This document shows positions 39,221 to 48,533 of a DNA stretch of 64,000 nucleotides, piece after piece. The stretch comes from Candidatus Zixiibacteriota bacterium. Its GTDB lineage: Bacteria; Zixibacteria; MSB-5A5; DSPP01. The position numbers and the translations under genes were made by a program. The stretch lies in NCBI GenBank assembly GCA_022614805.1, contig JAKEHY010000002.1, positions 4,726-68,725 of the forward strand, in the 5' to 3' direction. The notes under the pieces are model-generated. The model was not told the DNA's origin, searched no databases, and worked only from the letters and a program-made list of their open reading frames with translations. Every line of letters starts with the position of its first letter. Position 1 is the stretch's first letter.

Positions 39221-39997
39221 CTACTTTTTTTCCGGCTTTTTCTCTTCCTTCTTCTCGGTTTTGGCCGGCTCGGCTGGTTTCTTTTCTCCCTTGGCTTCCG
39301 CCGCTGGTTTCTTTTCTTTGCCTTTGGCTTCGGCCCCTTCCTCCGCTTCCTCCCCCTCTTCCGGCTTGCGCTCGGTTATCACTTCCGGCTCGGCCACTTC
39401 GGCGGCGGCTTCCAACTCCCCTTCCTTGATTATGGTGGGGGGCACCACGGAGGCGACCGAAAGGTCGGGGTCAACCAAAATCTGGATGCCCTCGGCCAGC
39501 TTCAAATCCCGCACGTGGACGGAGTCTCCGATTTTCAACAAGGAGACGTCAACATCGATATGCTGGGGTATTTCGGTCGGCAGGCAGGAGATTTCCAGCT
39601 CGCGGAAGGTGTGCTGCAAAATGCCGCCGGTCTCCTTCACCCCCACCGGGGGGGTGCCGACGAGATGCACGGGGACTTTGACGGAAATTTTTTTGGCCAG
39701 CGAGACATGCTGGAAATCGACGTGGAGAATTTTCCCCCAGACCGGTTCCCGCTGGATTTCCCGAATGAGGGTCTTTTTGGTTTCCTTCCCTCCGTTTACG
39801 ATTTCAAGGTTGATTAAAACGTTTTCGCCGCGGATGGAATGGTAGAGGTTTTCAAACTCGTGGGCGTTGAAAACCACCGGGGTGGATTTTCCCTCCCCGT
39901 ACACGACCCCGGGAAGAAGCCCCTGGGCGCGTATTTTTTTGGTTTTTTCCTTGCCCGCTTCCTTGCGGGCCTGAACTTTAAACATTACTTCCTTCAT
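39221..39997 (-). CDS. rplY: 50S ribosomal protein L25 / general stress protein Ctc, with low-complexity K/E/A-rich C-terminal tail
   Basis: MKEVMFKVQARKEAGKEKTKKIRAQGLLPGVVYGEG…; ~60-aa KEKKPAAEAK-type tail. Confidence 0.9.
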   Translation of the reverse strand: MKEVMFKVQARKEAGKEKTKKIRAQGLLPGVVYGEGKSTPVVFNAHEFENLYHSIRGENVLINLEIVNGGKETKKTLIREIQREPVWGKILHVDFQHVSLAKKISVKVPVHLVGTPPVGVKETGGILQHTFRELEISCLPTEIPQHIDVDVSLLKIGDSVHVRDLKLAEGIQILVDPDLSVASVVPPTIIKEGELEAAAEVAEPEVITERKPEEGEEAEEGAEAKGKEKKPAAEAKGEKKPAEPAKTEKKEEKKPEKK

Positions 39998-40114
39998 TGT
40001 GCACTCCTTTACCTTTACCGGCTCAAACTCGGGTTCGGACTAATAGCAACAAAAAGGGGTGTACAACCAGGCACCCCCTTCTTTCTGCGAAGCATTTAAG
40101 ATAATACATCTAAC

Positions 40115-41050
40115 CTAATCAAACAAGGAGGAAACCGACTCTCCCCGGGAGATGCGCAGAATGGTCTCGCCGAAAAGCGCAGCCGAGGTGAGCACTTCGA
40201 GGTTGCGGGGGAGTTTTTTTTTGGACAAATCGATGGTGTCGGCCACCACGAACTTTTTAATTTTGGATTTGGCTATCCGCTCAAGGGCCGGGCCGGAGAG
40301 GACCGGGTGGGTGGCGCAGGCGTAAACCGATTGGGCCCCTTTTTGGGCCAGGACCTCGGCCGCCTGCACGATGGTGCCGGCAGTGTCCACCATATCGTCC
40401 CGGATGATGACCGTTTTCCCCTCCACCTCGCCGATGATGTTCAAAATCTCGGCCTGGTTGGCCTGGGGGCGGCGCTTGTCGATAATCGCCAGGCCGGCAT
40501 CCAGTTTCTTGGCGAAGGCGCGGGCGATTCGGATGGCGCCGACGTCGGGCGAAATCACCACCGGGTTGGGCAATTTCAGTTCGAGAAAGTAGCGGTTGAA
40601 AATGGTGGAAGCATAGAGGTGGTCGGAGGGAATGTCGAAAAAACCCTGAATCTGGGAGGCGTGCAAGTCCATCGTGATTACCCGGTTGGCCCCGGCGATG
40701 GTTATCAAATTGGCGACCAACTTGGCGGTGATGGCCACGCGGGGCTGGTCCTTGCGGTCCTGCCGGGAATAGCCGTAGTAGGGAATGACCGCCGTTATGG
40801 TGGCGGCGGAGGCCCGCCGGCTGGCCTCGATTAAAATCAGAAGCTCCATCAAGTTTTCGGCCGGGGAGTTGGTGGGCTGGATGATGAAAACGTCGCCGCC
40901 GCGGACGTTTTCGTTAATCTGGACGAAGATTTCCCCGTCCGAAAAGCGGGAGACTTCGCAGGCGGCCAGCGGCAGCCCCAAAAAATCGGCGATTTTTTCC
41001 GCCAGCTGACGGTTGGCCGTTCCGGTCAATAGTTTCAAGCGGTTGCTCAT
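40115..41050 (-). CDS. prs: Ribose-phosphate pyrophosphokinase
   Basis: Start trimmed to MSNRLKLLTGTANRQLAEKIADFLG…; PRPP-binding motif VIIRDDMVDTAGT. Confidence 0.95.
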   Translation of the reverse strand: MSNRLKLLTGTANRQLAEKIADFLGLPLAACEVSRFSDGEIFVQINENVRGGDVFIIQPTNSPAENLMELLILIEASRRASAATITAVIPYYGYSRQDRKDQPRVAITAKLVANLITIAGANRVITMDLHASQIQGFFDIPSDHLYASTIFNRYFLELKLPNPVVISPDVGAIRIARAFAKKLDAGLAIIDKRRPQANQAEILNIIGEVEGKTVIIRDDMVDTAGTIVQAAEVLAQKGAQSVYACATHPVLSGPALERIAKSKIKKFVVADTIDLSKKKLPRNLEVLTSAALFGETILRISRGESVSSLFD

Positions 41051-41134
41051 CGGCGCTTTCCCAAAGGGCGGAAAATATAATAAAAATCGGGGCAAATGCT
41101 ACGGTTTTGTGCCGGACGACTATATTCCGTCCCG

Positions 41135-42244
41135 ATGGCATCCTTCTCCGATACAAAAAAGTTCCGACAAGCTCTTTTGGTCTGGTATAAAAAGAATCGC
41201 CGCCGGCTTCCCTGGCAGGATGGGGTCGGGCACTTAAGCAAAAAAGAACGGGATTATCGGGTTTTTATTTCGGAAATAATGTTGCAGCAAACCCGCTTGG
41301 ACCAAGCCCTCCCCTATTACGAACGTTGGACAAGAAGTGTCCCCTCTTTTGAGGCGCTGGCAAAAGCCCCCATGCAGAAACTTTTGAAGCTGTGGGAGGG
41401 ATTGGGATATTACGCCCGGGTGAGGCATTTAAAGAAAGCGGCCCAACTTATCGTCCGCAAACATCGCGGCGAAATTCCGCCCGATTACGCAAAGATTCGC
41501 GCCCTGCCGGGAGTGGGGAATTACACGGCGGCGGCTCTGGCCAGCTTTATTCACCGCCAGCCCTATCTGGCCGTTGACGGCAACGTCTTTCGGGTGCTGT
41601 CTCGGATTTTGGCAAGGCCGTTCCGGTTCTCAAGACAGCTGGACAGGAAAAGACTTTCGGAGGCAGCATCCCGGCTTCTTGACCCGAGTCAACCGGGAGA
41701 GTTTAACCGGGCCCTGATGCGTCTGGGGGTGCTGGTATGCCTCCCCAAAAATCCAAAATGCTCTCTTTGTCCGGTGCGCTTCTTTTGCAGGGCCTATAAA
41801 AGGGGGGATGTCAGCAAATATCCGCTGCCCCGGCGGAAGTTGAGGCCGCCACACTTTCAAATTGCGGCCGGAATTGTCTGGAAGGAGGGTAAAATTCTGA
41901 TTGCCCAAAGGAAACCGAACGGGCTTTTGGGGGGATTATGGGAGTTTCCGGGCGGGAAATGGAAGAAAGGGGAAACCTTGGCGGAAGCCTGCCGCCGGGA
42001 AGTGAAAGAAGAAACCGGCATCAGGGTGAAGGTTGGCCCGCTGGCCCAAAGAATCCGGCACAGCTATTCCCATTTTTCCATCACCCTTTCGATTTTTCAA
42101 TGCCAATACCAAAACGGAACGCCGCGGCCTTTGGGATGCCAAAAAATTAAGTGGGTTCGTCCCAAAGAGTTGGTGAAATACCCTTTCCCGAGAGCCAATC
42201 AGAAAATCGTGCCGCTTTTGGCGGCCGGAAAGCTTTTGCCCTAA
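41135..42244 (+). CDS. mutY: A/G-specific adenine DNA glycosylase MutY (HhH-GPD plus NUDIX-like C-terminal domain)
   Basis: Start trimmed to the ATG at 41135; HhH region and Fe-S Cys cluster CLPKNPKCSLCPVRFFC; C-terminal MutT-like GLLGGLWEFPGGKWKKGE. Confidence 0.9.
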   Translation: MASFSDTKKFRQALLVWYKKNRRRLPWQDGVGHLSKKERDYRVFISEIMLQQTRLDQALPYYERWTRSVPSFEALAKAPMQKLLKLWEGLGYYARVRHLKKAAQLIVRKHRGEIPPDYAKIRALPGVGNYTAAALASFIHRQPYLAVDGNVFRVLSRILARPFRFSRQLDRKRLSEAASRLLDPSQPGEFNRALMRLGVLVCLPKNPKCSLCPVRFFCRAYKRGDVSKYPLPRRKLRPPHFQIAAGIVWKEGKILIAQRKPNGLLGGLWEFPGGKWKKGETLAEACRREVKEETGIRVKVGPLAQRIRHSYSHFSITLSIFQCQYQNGTPRPLGCQKIKWVRPKELVKYPFPRANQKIVPLLAAGKLLP

Positions 42245-42405
42245 CTAAAGAGCCACCAGGCAATCAGAGCAAGCACCAGGGCCAAAAGGAAAGAGGCCAA
42301 TATTATCAGCTCGGAGCGGTGCTGGAAGAACCGGGCGACGGCATCGTCCGGCAGTTTTTCAATTCCCGTATCCAAGTTGCGCGCCCGGCGCAAGCCCAAA
42401 AATAC

Positions 42406-42600
42406 TCACGTGCAGAAACGGGCCTGGGCCACCCCCAGCGAGCCCAAAAAGAGAAAAATGAAGAGCAGGCCGTAGGCGGCATTTGGCTCGCTCGCAAACA
42501 CGAAGGCAACCAGCAAGATGGCGGAAAAACCCAAGCCAAAGAGGCCCACAAGGAGGCGTTTTTGAATCTCTTTCGGGCCGATGTTGCAAAGCTCCCCCAT
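42406..42600 (-). CDS. DUF2892-like small membrane protein interrupted by an in-frame TGA; the frame continues to 42241 (possible selenoprotein, readthrough or pseudogene)
   Basis: MGELCNIGPKEIQKRLLVGLFGLGFSAILLVAF…GSLGVAQARFCT-[TGA]-VFLGLRRARNLD…LIILASFLLALVLALIAWWLFS in the same frame. The family's conserved C-terminal segment is completed only if the TGA is decoded. Confidence 0.45.
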   Translation of the reverse strand: MGELCNIGPKEIQKRLLVGLFGLGFSAILLVAFVFASEPNAAYGLLFIFLFLGSLGVAQARFCT

Positions 42601-43029
42601 ATTCAGGCCCGGGCCGGAACGTAGGCAGATTTCAACTCATCCTCCTTCGCACTATTCATCTCTTTTCACATTCCTCTTGTTTTTCCGGATTGTTCCCAAC
42701 AAATGGTTGACGGAAAGTTATAAAAAAAGATAAGGAGAAAATCAAGCGAAAAATCGGATGGAAAAAATCCCGGATATATGGTTTTTGGCCCATACAACTG
42801 GGGGGCTTTTCCCATAAAAAAAGGCAAAATTTTGTTTTCAAAACGGCTTTCAGTTTGCTTGTATCCGGGCAACCGCAAGAGAAACAACGGGTTGTGCTTT
42901 GAGGGAAAATTTTTCCTTCCCGCATATCGTTTGCGGCTACAGGCATTTGGTAAAAGAGGAGGGAAAGAAAAGGTTAGAAAATTGATACAACTTCCCATAC
43001 ACAGCTATTCTTCACCGAAAGGAGTTTTT

Positions 43030-43626
43030 ATGCGACCAGTGCGTAAGTTCTTTGCGCACCTGGCTGGCGGATTGGGTGTAATTGGCATTGCGCTTTTCTT
43101 TTTGGTTTTCAGCTGCAGCCAAAAACTGCCCACTACCCCCATTACCAGCCAGGCGCCGAACCCGACGGCAGGGGCGGTTCCCGCCGGCACCATGGCCAGT
43201 CTGTCGGTCGGGGGGAACCTGCTGGGAAACACCGTCGGCAAATTGATTGGATGGCTGGGGGGTGTTTTGGCCATTCCGGTTGAGAACACGACCAAAACCT
43301 CGCTTTTGACCGTTCAACCGGGGAGCTTGCTGCAGTCCGTCTACGTCACGGCGTCGGCCCGCTTTGATTCTTACAAGAAGGCCACCTTCTACGACTTTGG
43401 CCCGGACGGTTTGCAATTCCTGAAGCCGGCTTTGCTTTCGCACCGGGCCCAGGAGCCGAACGGCACGGCTCTTTACCTGTGGTATTTCAACCCGACCTCC
43501 AAGCAGTGGGAAAAGGCTGGTTCGGCCACCGTCATCGCCGGCACGGCTACTTTCTCCATCCTTCACTTTTCCAAGTGGGCGGTCAGCGAGGACGGGGATG
43601 GCTTAGGTTCGGGGGGGCAGCAGTAA
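43030..43626 (+). CDS. Hypothetical lipoprotein
   Basis: Start trimmed to the ATG at 43030; signal peptide with lipobox LVFSCSQ; no recognisable domain. Confidence 0.55.
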   Translation: MRPVRKFFAHLAGGLGVIGIALFFLVFSCSQKLPTTPITSQAPNPTAGAVPAGTMASLSVGGNLLGNTVGKLIGWLGGVLAIPVENTTKTSLLTVQPGSLLQSVYVTASARFDSYKKATFYDFGPDGLQFLKPALLSHRAQEPNGTALYLWYFNPTSKQWEKAGSATVIAGTATFSILHFSKWAVSEDGDGLGSGGQQ

Positions 43627-43647
43627 GATTCTTCGATTCAAGTCCAA

Positions 43648-43680
43648 CGGCCTCGGTTTGTGCCGAGGCCGTTTTTATTT
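43648..43680 (+). terminator. Rho-independent terminator (GGCCTCGG-TTTGTG-CCGAGGCC-GTTTTTATTT)
   Basis: Perfect 8-bp stem plus T-tract after the lipoprotein gene. Confidence 0.75.
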
Positions 43681-43698
43681 GGCCGCAAAATTCCGGGT

Positions 43699-44346
43699 TC
43701 AGATTTCGTCCGAGCGGGGGTATTGTTTTTTGACCACCAAAGGCCAGGCGTCCCGAATGACCGGGAGGGCTCGGAGCAGGCACAGGATTACCGTCACGTA
43801 AGCCAACAGGTCGCCGATGAACACGGTGGAGCGGAAGGCCCATTGCGGCAAAAGGAACAACCCTTCCGCCGCGGCGGCAACGAAAGTCAAAATAAGCCCG
43901 AGCCAGATGAAAACCGCCGCTTTGGCGAAACCATACAACGCGCGCGAGAACGGGCTGGCGACCAGAAATTTGGTAAGCGGTGATTTCATCATCGTATCCG
44001 GTCCGAAGGCGGTTTTCCCCTCGGCAAAGGCGGCCGCCCGCAGGCTGTCGACGATGAAACTCCGGGAAATCACCGCCAACGGCATCCAGAGCGGCACCAT
44101 ATTGACGACCGCAAAATAAATCCAGAAGGCGTTTTCCACGATGCGGTCGCCGGTGATGTCCAGAAGCGCCCCGAGCTTGGAGGCAATTCCCAGCTTGCGG
44201 GCCACATAGCCATCCCAGGCATCCATCCAGATGACGGCGGCAACTAAAAGGGTAGCCAAAAGGTTTCCCCAGAAGCTTGCGCCGAAGAGGGCGATGGCTA
44301 AAAAGGCCAGCGTGATTCGGGCCAGGGTGATAATATTGGCCTGCAT
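43699..44346 (-). CDS. CDP-alcohol phosphatidyltransferase family protein (PgsA-like)
   Basis: 215 aa; D-x2-DG-x2-AR…G…D-x3-D motif (DAWDGYVARKLGIASKLGALLDITGDRIVE). Confidence 0.8.
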   Translation of the reverse strand: MQANIITLARITLAFLAIALFGASFWGNLLATLLVAAVIWMDAWDGYVARKLGIASKLGALLDITGDRIVENAFWIYFAVVNMVPLWMPLAVISRSFIVDSLRAAAFAEGKTAFGPDTMMKSPLTKFLVASPFSRALYGFAKAAVFIWLGLILTFVAAAAEGLFLLPQWAFRSTVFIGDLLAYVTVILCLLRALPVIRDAWPLVVKKQYPRSDEI

Positions 44347-44350
44347 ATTT

Positions 44351-45280
44351 TTACCTCGTTTCTCCGCCGGTTGGGAAAGCGGTGGTTTTCGGATACCAAC
44401 GTTTTACGAGCACGGATGAAAATAAGAAGGCCGCAGCTCCAATGGCAAGCCCGGCTGCGCCGTCCACGAAGTAATGATAGCGGCCGTAAACCGTGGAGAA
44501 AAATAGCAAAGCAAACCAGATGACGCTGCCCCAAAAGATTTTTTTGTCCGTTCGGGCGGCGCTGAGGAGGAGGGCCGTGGCGGCGGACAGGTGGGTGGAG
44601 GGAAAGCAGCCGCCGGTGATGGCGCCCTTGTGGTGCAGGTAGTCGTTTAGTTGGCGGAAAATCCACTTCCCCTCGATTAACATCGTCTGGTGGCCGGCCA
44701 AAGTTTTCCAGGGGCCTTCGGCCGGAACCAGAGGGAAAATAAGGTATCCCAGATAAAGAGCCAGAAGATAATGGGCGGCGAAGGTCTGGAAATTTCTTTC
44801 CGACTGCTTGAGGTAAATCCACAGTCCGAAGAGCGGAATGAAGTAGTAGGTGAAGTAAATAAACTCAAAAAACTCGGTCACATATGGATTCGTGATTTTC
44901 TCTAAAACCACGGTTGGATGCCCCCCCAAAAGCTTGAAATCCGCCGCTATCAACCATCCGTTTTTCCATTCGGGATGAATCAAATGCACGAAATTCTCCG
45001 CTTCCCAGAACAAAAAAGTTACCAGAAGAAACGGATACCAGTGGCGGAAAAACTTGAATGCCGGACTTGTCCACTGAATGCTTGCTACGAAAAGAATGGA
45101 AGAAGCAATGCCAAAATGCAGGAGCAAAAAACGCCACCAGCCGGAGAGGTTGGCGTGGAGAATCAGAATCAAAATCGAGATAACCGCTATATATCCAAGT
45201 GTGGCAACATCAGCTGGAAGTAAAAAGATTCGCTTTGGCGGCACGAGTGAGAATATGCCTTGAACGGAACTTTTGGGCAA
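44351..45280 (-). CDS. PAP2-superfamily phosphatase with extra N-terminal TM domain
   Basis: PAP2 motifs KxxxxxxRP-like, PSTH (CFPSTHLSAA) and YGRYHYFVDGAAG (SRxxxxxHxxxD equivalent). Confidence 0.7.
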   Translation of the reverse strand: MPKSSVQGIFSLVPPKRIFLLPADVATLGYIAVISILILILHANLSGWWRFLLLHFGIASSILFVASIQWTSPAFKFFRHWYPFLLVTFLFWEAENFVHLIHPEWKNGWLIAADFKLLGGHPTVVLEKITNPYVTEFFEFIYFTYYFIPLFGLWIYLKQSERNFQTFAAHYLLALYLGYLIFPLVPAEGPWKTLAGHQTMLIEGKWIFRQLNDYLHHKGAITGGCFPSTHLSAATALLLSAARTDKKIFWGSVIWFALLFFSTVYGRYHYFVDGAAGLAIGAAAFLFSSVLVKRWYPKTTAFPTGGETR

Positions 45281-45344
45281 TTCTTTAAAACCTCTCCCCT
45301 AACCCCTCCCCGATGAGAGGGGGGCAGAGGTCAGGTCAAATTTC

Positions 45345-45380
45345 CCCGATATAAAAAACCGCCCCGATTTCTCGGGGCGG
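45345..45380 (-). terminator. Rho-independent terminator downstream of the sigma-factor gene
   Basis: Minus-strand GCCGCCCCGAGAAATCGGGGCGG followed by TTTTTTATAT. Confidence 0.7.
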
Positions 45381-45430
45381 CTGTGGGGAGGTGATACCGA
45401 AAAACCGGCTCTCGCGAGCGGGCAATGTCT

Positions 45431-46285
45431 TCAGTTCAAATACGCGCGCAATGCCTTGGAGCGGGAGGCGTGCCGCAGCCGGCGAATCGCTTTCTCCTTA
45501 ATCTGGCGCACCCGCTCGCGGGTCAAGTTAAAGCGGGCGCCGATTTCCTCCAGCGTCAGGGCCTTTTCGTGGTTCAGCCCGAAGTAGAGATTGATGACCT
45601 CCGCTTCGCGCGGCGTCAGCGTGTCCAAAGCCTTTTCGATTTCCGAGCGCAGGGAATCCCGCAACAGCTCTTCGTCCGGGGAGGGCTGATTGTCGTCCTC
45701 CAAAACGTCAATCAGCGAATTGTCCTCCGAGGTGGAAAAGGGAGCATCCAACGAGAGGTGCGAATTGGAGATTTTCAAGGTGTCGGAAACCTCCCCTTCA
45801 GTCAGCGACAGCTCGCTGGCAATCTCGTCCGCCGAAGGGTCGCGCCCAAGCTCCTGCTCCAGGGCGGCGGAAACCTTCCCGATTTTGTGCAGAGTGCCGA
45901 CCCGGTTTAAGGGGAGGCGGACGATGCGGGACTGTTCGGCCAACGCCTGCAAAATCGCCTGGCGAATCCACCAGACGGCGTAAGAGATGAACTTGAAGCC
46001 GCGGGTTTCGTCGAACCGCTTGGCCGCCTTGATAAGCCCGATGTTCCCCTCGTTAATCAAATCGGCCAGGGAAAGCCCCTGGTTCTGGTACTGCTTGGCC
46101 ACCGAGACCACGAAGCGCAAATTGGCCTTGGTCAACTTTTCCAAAGCCTCCTGGTCGCCGGCCCGGATAAGCTTGGCCAAGGTCACTTCCTCGGCGGCGG
46201 TGATGAGCGGGGTTTCGCCGATTTCCTTCAGATACAAATCGAGCGAGCGGTCCTCGTCCCGGTATTTTTTCGACTGTCGCGCCAT
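45431..46285 (-). CDS. rpoD: Sigma-70 family RNA polymerase sigma factor (RpoD/SigA-like, regions 1.2-4)
   Basis: 284 aa; region 2 ([43 protein letters not shown]) and region 4 HTH ([27 protein letters not shown]). Confidence 0.85.
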   Translation of the reverse strand: MARQSKKYRDEDRSLDLYLKEIGETPLITAAEEVTLAKLIRAGDQEALEKLTKANLRFVVSVAKQYQNQGLSLADLINEGNIGLIKAAKRFDETRGFKFISYAVWWIRQAILQALAEQSRIVRLPLNRVGTLHKIGKVSAALEQELGRDPSADEIASELSLTEGEVSDTLKISNSHLSLDAPFSTSEDNSLIDVLEDDNQPSPDEELLRDSLRSEIEKALDTLTPREAEVINLYFGLNHEKALTLEEIGARFNLTRERVRQIKEKAIRRLRHASRSKALRAYLN

Positions 46286-46379
46286 TACTTGGTGTTCTCC
46301 TCACTAAAATTACGATACCGGCCGAAAACCGGCTCCAACCCCTGGAATTTTTTGAACCAAATTTCCGACCGCATGGCTC

Positions 46380-47849
46380 CTACCCGCCGGCCCGGATGGC
46401 CACGTAAACCGGCTGGGAGTCCAAGTCGTGCACCAGGAGCGAAACCGGTTTTTCCCGGCCGACCGTCTTCAGCGCCTGACGAAACTCGGCCTCCGAGCGC
46501 ACCGGCTGGTTGTTCACTTCCGAAATGATAAAACCCGGTTCGATTCCCTTCTGTTCGGCCGGGCTGCTCGGCTCCACCTCCACCACGATTAAGCCCGGGT
46601 TGAACTCCACGCCGAAGCGCTCGCACAGCTCCGGCGAACTGGTGCGCACGTGGACGCCGACCACCGGATCCGCGGTAACCGGGGGTTGGCGTTCTTCTGC
46701 TCGCGAGACCAACGAGGCGTTCCGCTCCGCCAGCCGAACGTTGAGCCTGATAATCTTTCCCTCCCGGAAAACTTCCACCGGCACCGCTTTTCCCGGTCCG
46801 GCCGAGGCGACCCAGAAACGCAACTGGGTCAAATCGGCAACTTTCTTGCCGTCAAACTTGAGAATGACGTCCCCCTGTTTGAGTCCCGCCGCCGCGGCCG
46901 GGCCATCCGGCAAAACTTCGCTAAGAATGACTCCTTCGGTTGATTTCAACCCGTACGAATCAGCCAGGTCCTTGGAAAGGTCCTGCAGGTAAACACCGAG
47001 CCATCCCCGGGAGACTCGGCCCGTGCGCATTAAATCCGGCAAAACCTCTTTGACCATATTTATAGGGATGGCAAAGCCGATTCCCACATTGCCGCCCGAG
47101 GGGGAGGCGATGGCGGAATTAATGCCAATCACCTGGCCGTGGATGTCCACCAGCGGGCCGCCGGAGTTCCCCTGGTTGATGGCGGCATCGGTCTGAATGT
47201 AATCCTGATAGGCGGGGGTCTCGTCCCGGCCGAATTGCAAATTGGAGCGCCCCTTGGCGGAGACCACGCCGACGGTCACCGTCCGGTCCAGCTCTTCCTG
47301 GGGAAAGGGATTGCCGATGGCCAAAACCCAATCCCCCACCCGCAGGGAATCGGAGTTTCCCAAATCCAAAGCCCAAAGCCGCCGGTCGGCCTCGATTTTC
47401 AATACCGCCACGTCGGTCTCCTTGTCGGCCCCCACCAAACGGGCCTTGTAGCGGGACCGGTCGGAAAGAGTAACCCAGATTTCGGTGGCCCCGGCGACGA
47501 CATGATTGTTGGTCAAAACGTGGCCGTCCGGGCCAAAAACAAAGCCGGAGCCGAGCGAAGTGCTGGGGACCCGACGGCGGTCTCCGAACGGAAACCAGGA
47601 ATGGTAGCGGCTCAAATCCTCCACTTTTTCGGCGGAGATGTTCACCACCCCGTCCCGAACCCGCTCCACCACCGCCACAAAAGGAGAAGCCACTCCGGGA
47701 TTGAGGTAGGTGCTCGGCCGTTTTTCCTGGCTAAAACCCCGGTTGGGAAGGTCCAACCCGGTGGCAATGAAGATGCCAACGAGGGTAAAAAACCCGGCGA
47801 TAAAGAAATAGCTTAGATACCGCTGGTTTTGAATGCGAACCAACTTCAT
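46380..47849 (-). CDS. htrA: Do/DegP/HtrA family serine protease with two PDZ domains
   Basis: Catalytic triad context (…TNNHVV…, D…, GNSGGPLVDIHGQVIGINSAI); N-terminal TM anchor; two PDZ-like C-terminal domains. Confidence 0.9.
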   Translation of the reverse strand: MKLVRIQNQRYLSYFFIAGFFTLVGIFIATGLDLPNRGFSQEKRPSTYLNPGVASPFVAVVERVRDGVVNISAEKVEDLSRYHSWFPFGDRRRVPSTSLGSGFVFGPDGHVLTNNHVVAGATEIWVTLSDRSRYKARLVGADKETDVAVLKIEADRRLWALDLGNSDSLRVGDWVLAIGNPFPQEELDRTVTVGVVSAKGRSNLQFGRDETPAYQDYIQTDAAINQGNSGGPLVDIHGQVIGINSAIASPSGGNVGIGFAIPINMVKEVLPDLMRTGRVSRGWLGVYLQDLSKDLADSYGLKSTEGVILSEVLPDGPAAAAGLKQGDVILKFDGKKVADLTQLRFWVASAGPGKAVPVEVFREGKIIRLNVRLAERNASLVSRAEERQPPVTADPVVGVHVRTSSPELCERFGVEFNPGLIVVEVEPSSPAEQKGIEPGFIISEVNNQPVRSEAEFRQALKTVGREKPVSLLVHDLDSQPVYVAIRAGG

Positions 47850-47909
47850 TCCTCCTCCGCGGCTCCGAGTGTTTTCGAGCCGCCCAATCGATTTTTAAGA
47901 CAAAATTTC

Positions 47910-47937
47910 AATATATACCAATTTGAATTTGAGTCAA
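47910..47937 (-). promoter_or_regulatory. Putative sigma70 promoter of htrA (TTGACT-N16-TATATT)
   Basis: Minus-strand TTGACT (47937-47932) and TATATT (47915-47910), ~60 nt upstream of the htrA start; strong GGAGGAGG RBS. Confidence 0.45.
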
Positions 47938-48235
47938 GATTCTTCTTCTAGTTCTTACATTTTTTGGCAAGCCGTTGTACTTCATTGGGTTAATAAAAAG
48001 CGCACGGCCCATTTCCAAAATATTATACGCAGGAATTGCGAATTTAGTTGCTGGCAATTATGGCAGAAAAATGACCAGATAACCTTTTCGGGAAGCCGGG
48101 CACCGGTACATTTTGGTACCGTCGTTTGGCGCATCTGAGAAATCTTGGAAACCCTTAAACGCCGACAGACCCTTCTGTCCCAAATGACTTGCGAAGTTTT
48201 TCTGATCCCGTGTCGCGGATTTCTGTTTCTATTAA

Positions 48236-48309
<74 letters not shown>

Positions 48310-48382
48310 ATCGACTCAAATTATACCGGTTTGCCGGGCGCAAGTCAAGAAGAGCACGTCTTACCAAGGCGCCAAAAAGATG

Positions 48383-48411
48383 TTGACAAAAAAATGACCG
48401 GGGTGTAACTT
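48383..48411 (+). promoter_or_regulatory. Putative sigma70 promoter of the FadL-family gene (TTGACA-N17-TAACTT)
   Basis: Consensus -35 with 17-nt spacer; weaker -10. Confidence 0.4.
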
Positions 48412-48533
48412 CTTACTTTTGTTGGAAAGAGGTAGCGCGTTCGCCTCGGCTCTGTTTGGTAAAGCGACTGAAAAGTCGAAATAGAAAAACTATAAAAGAA
48501 TCGGAAGAGTCCGTTTCGCGAGGTTATTAGGGT

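Noticed and set aside
46510-47816. Plus-strand ORFs of 160 and 225 aa
   Set aside because: Antisense to htrA, whose protease and PDZ motifs are unambiguous.
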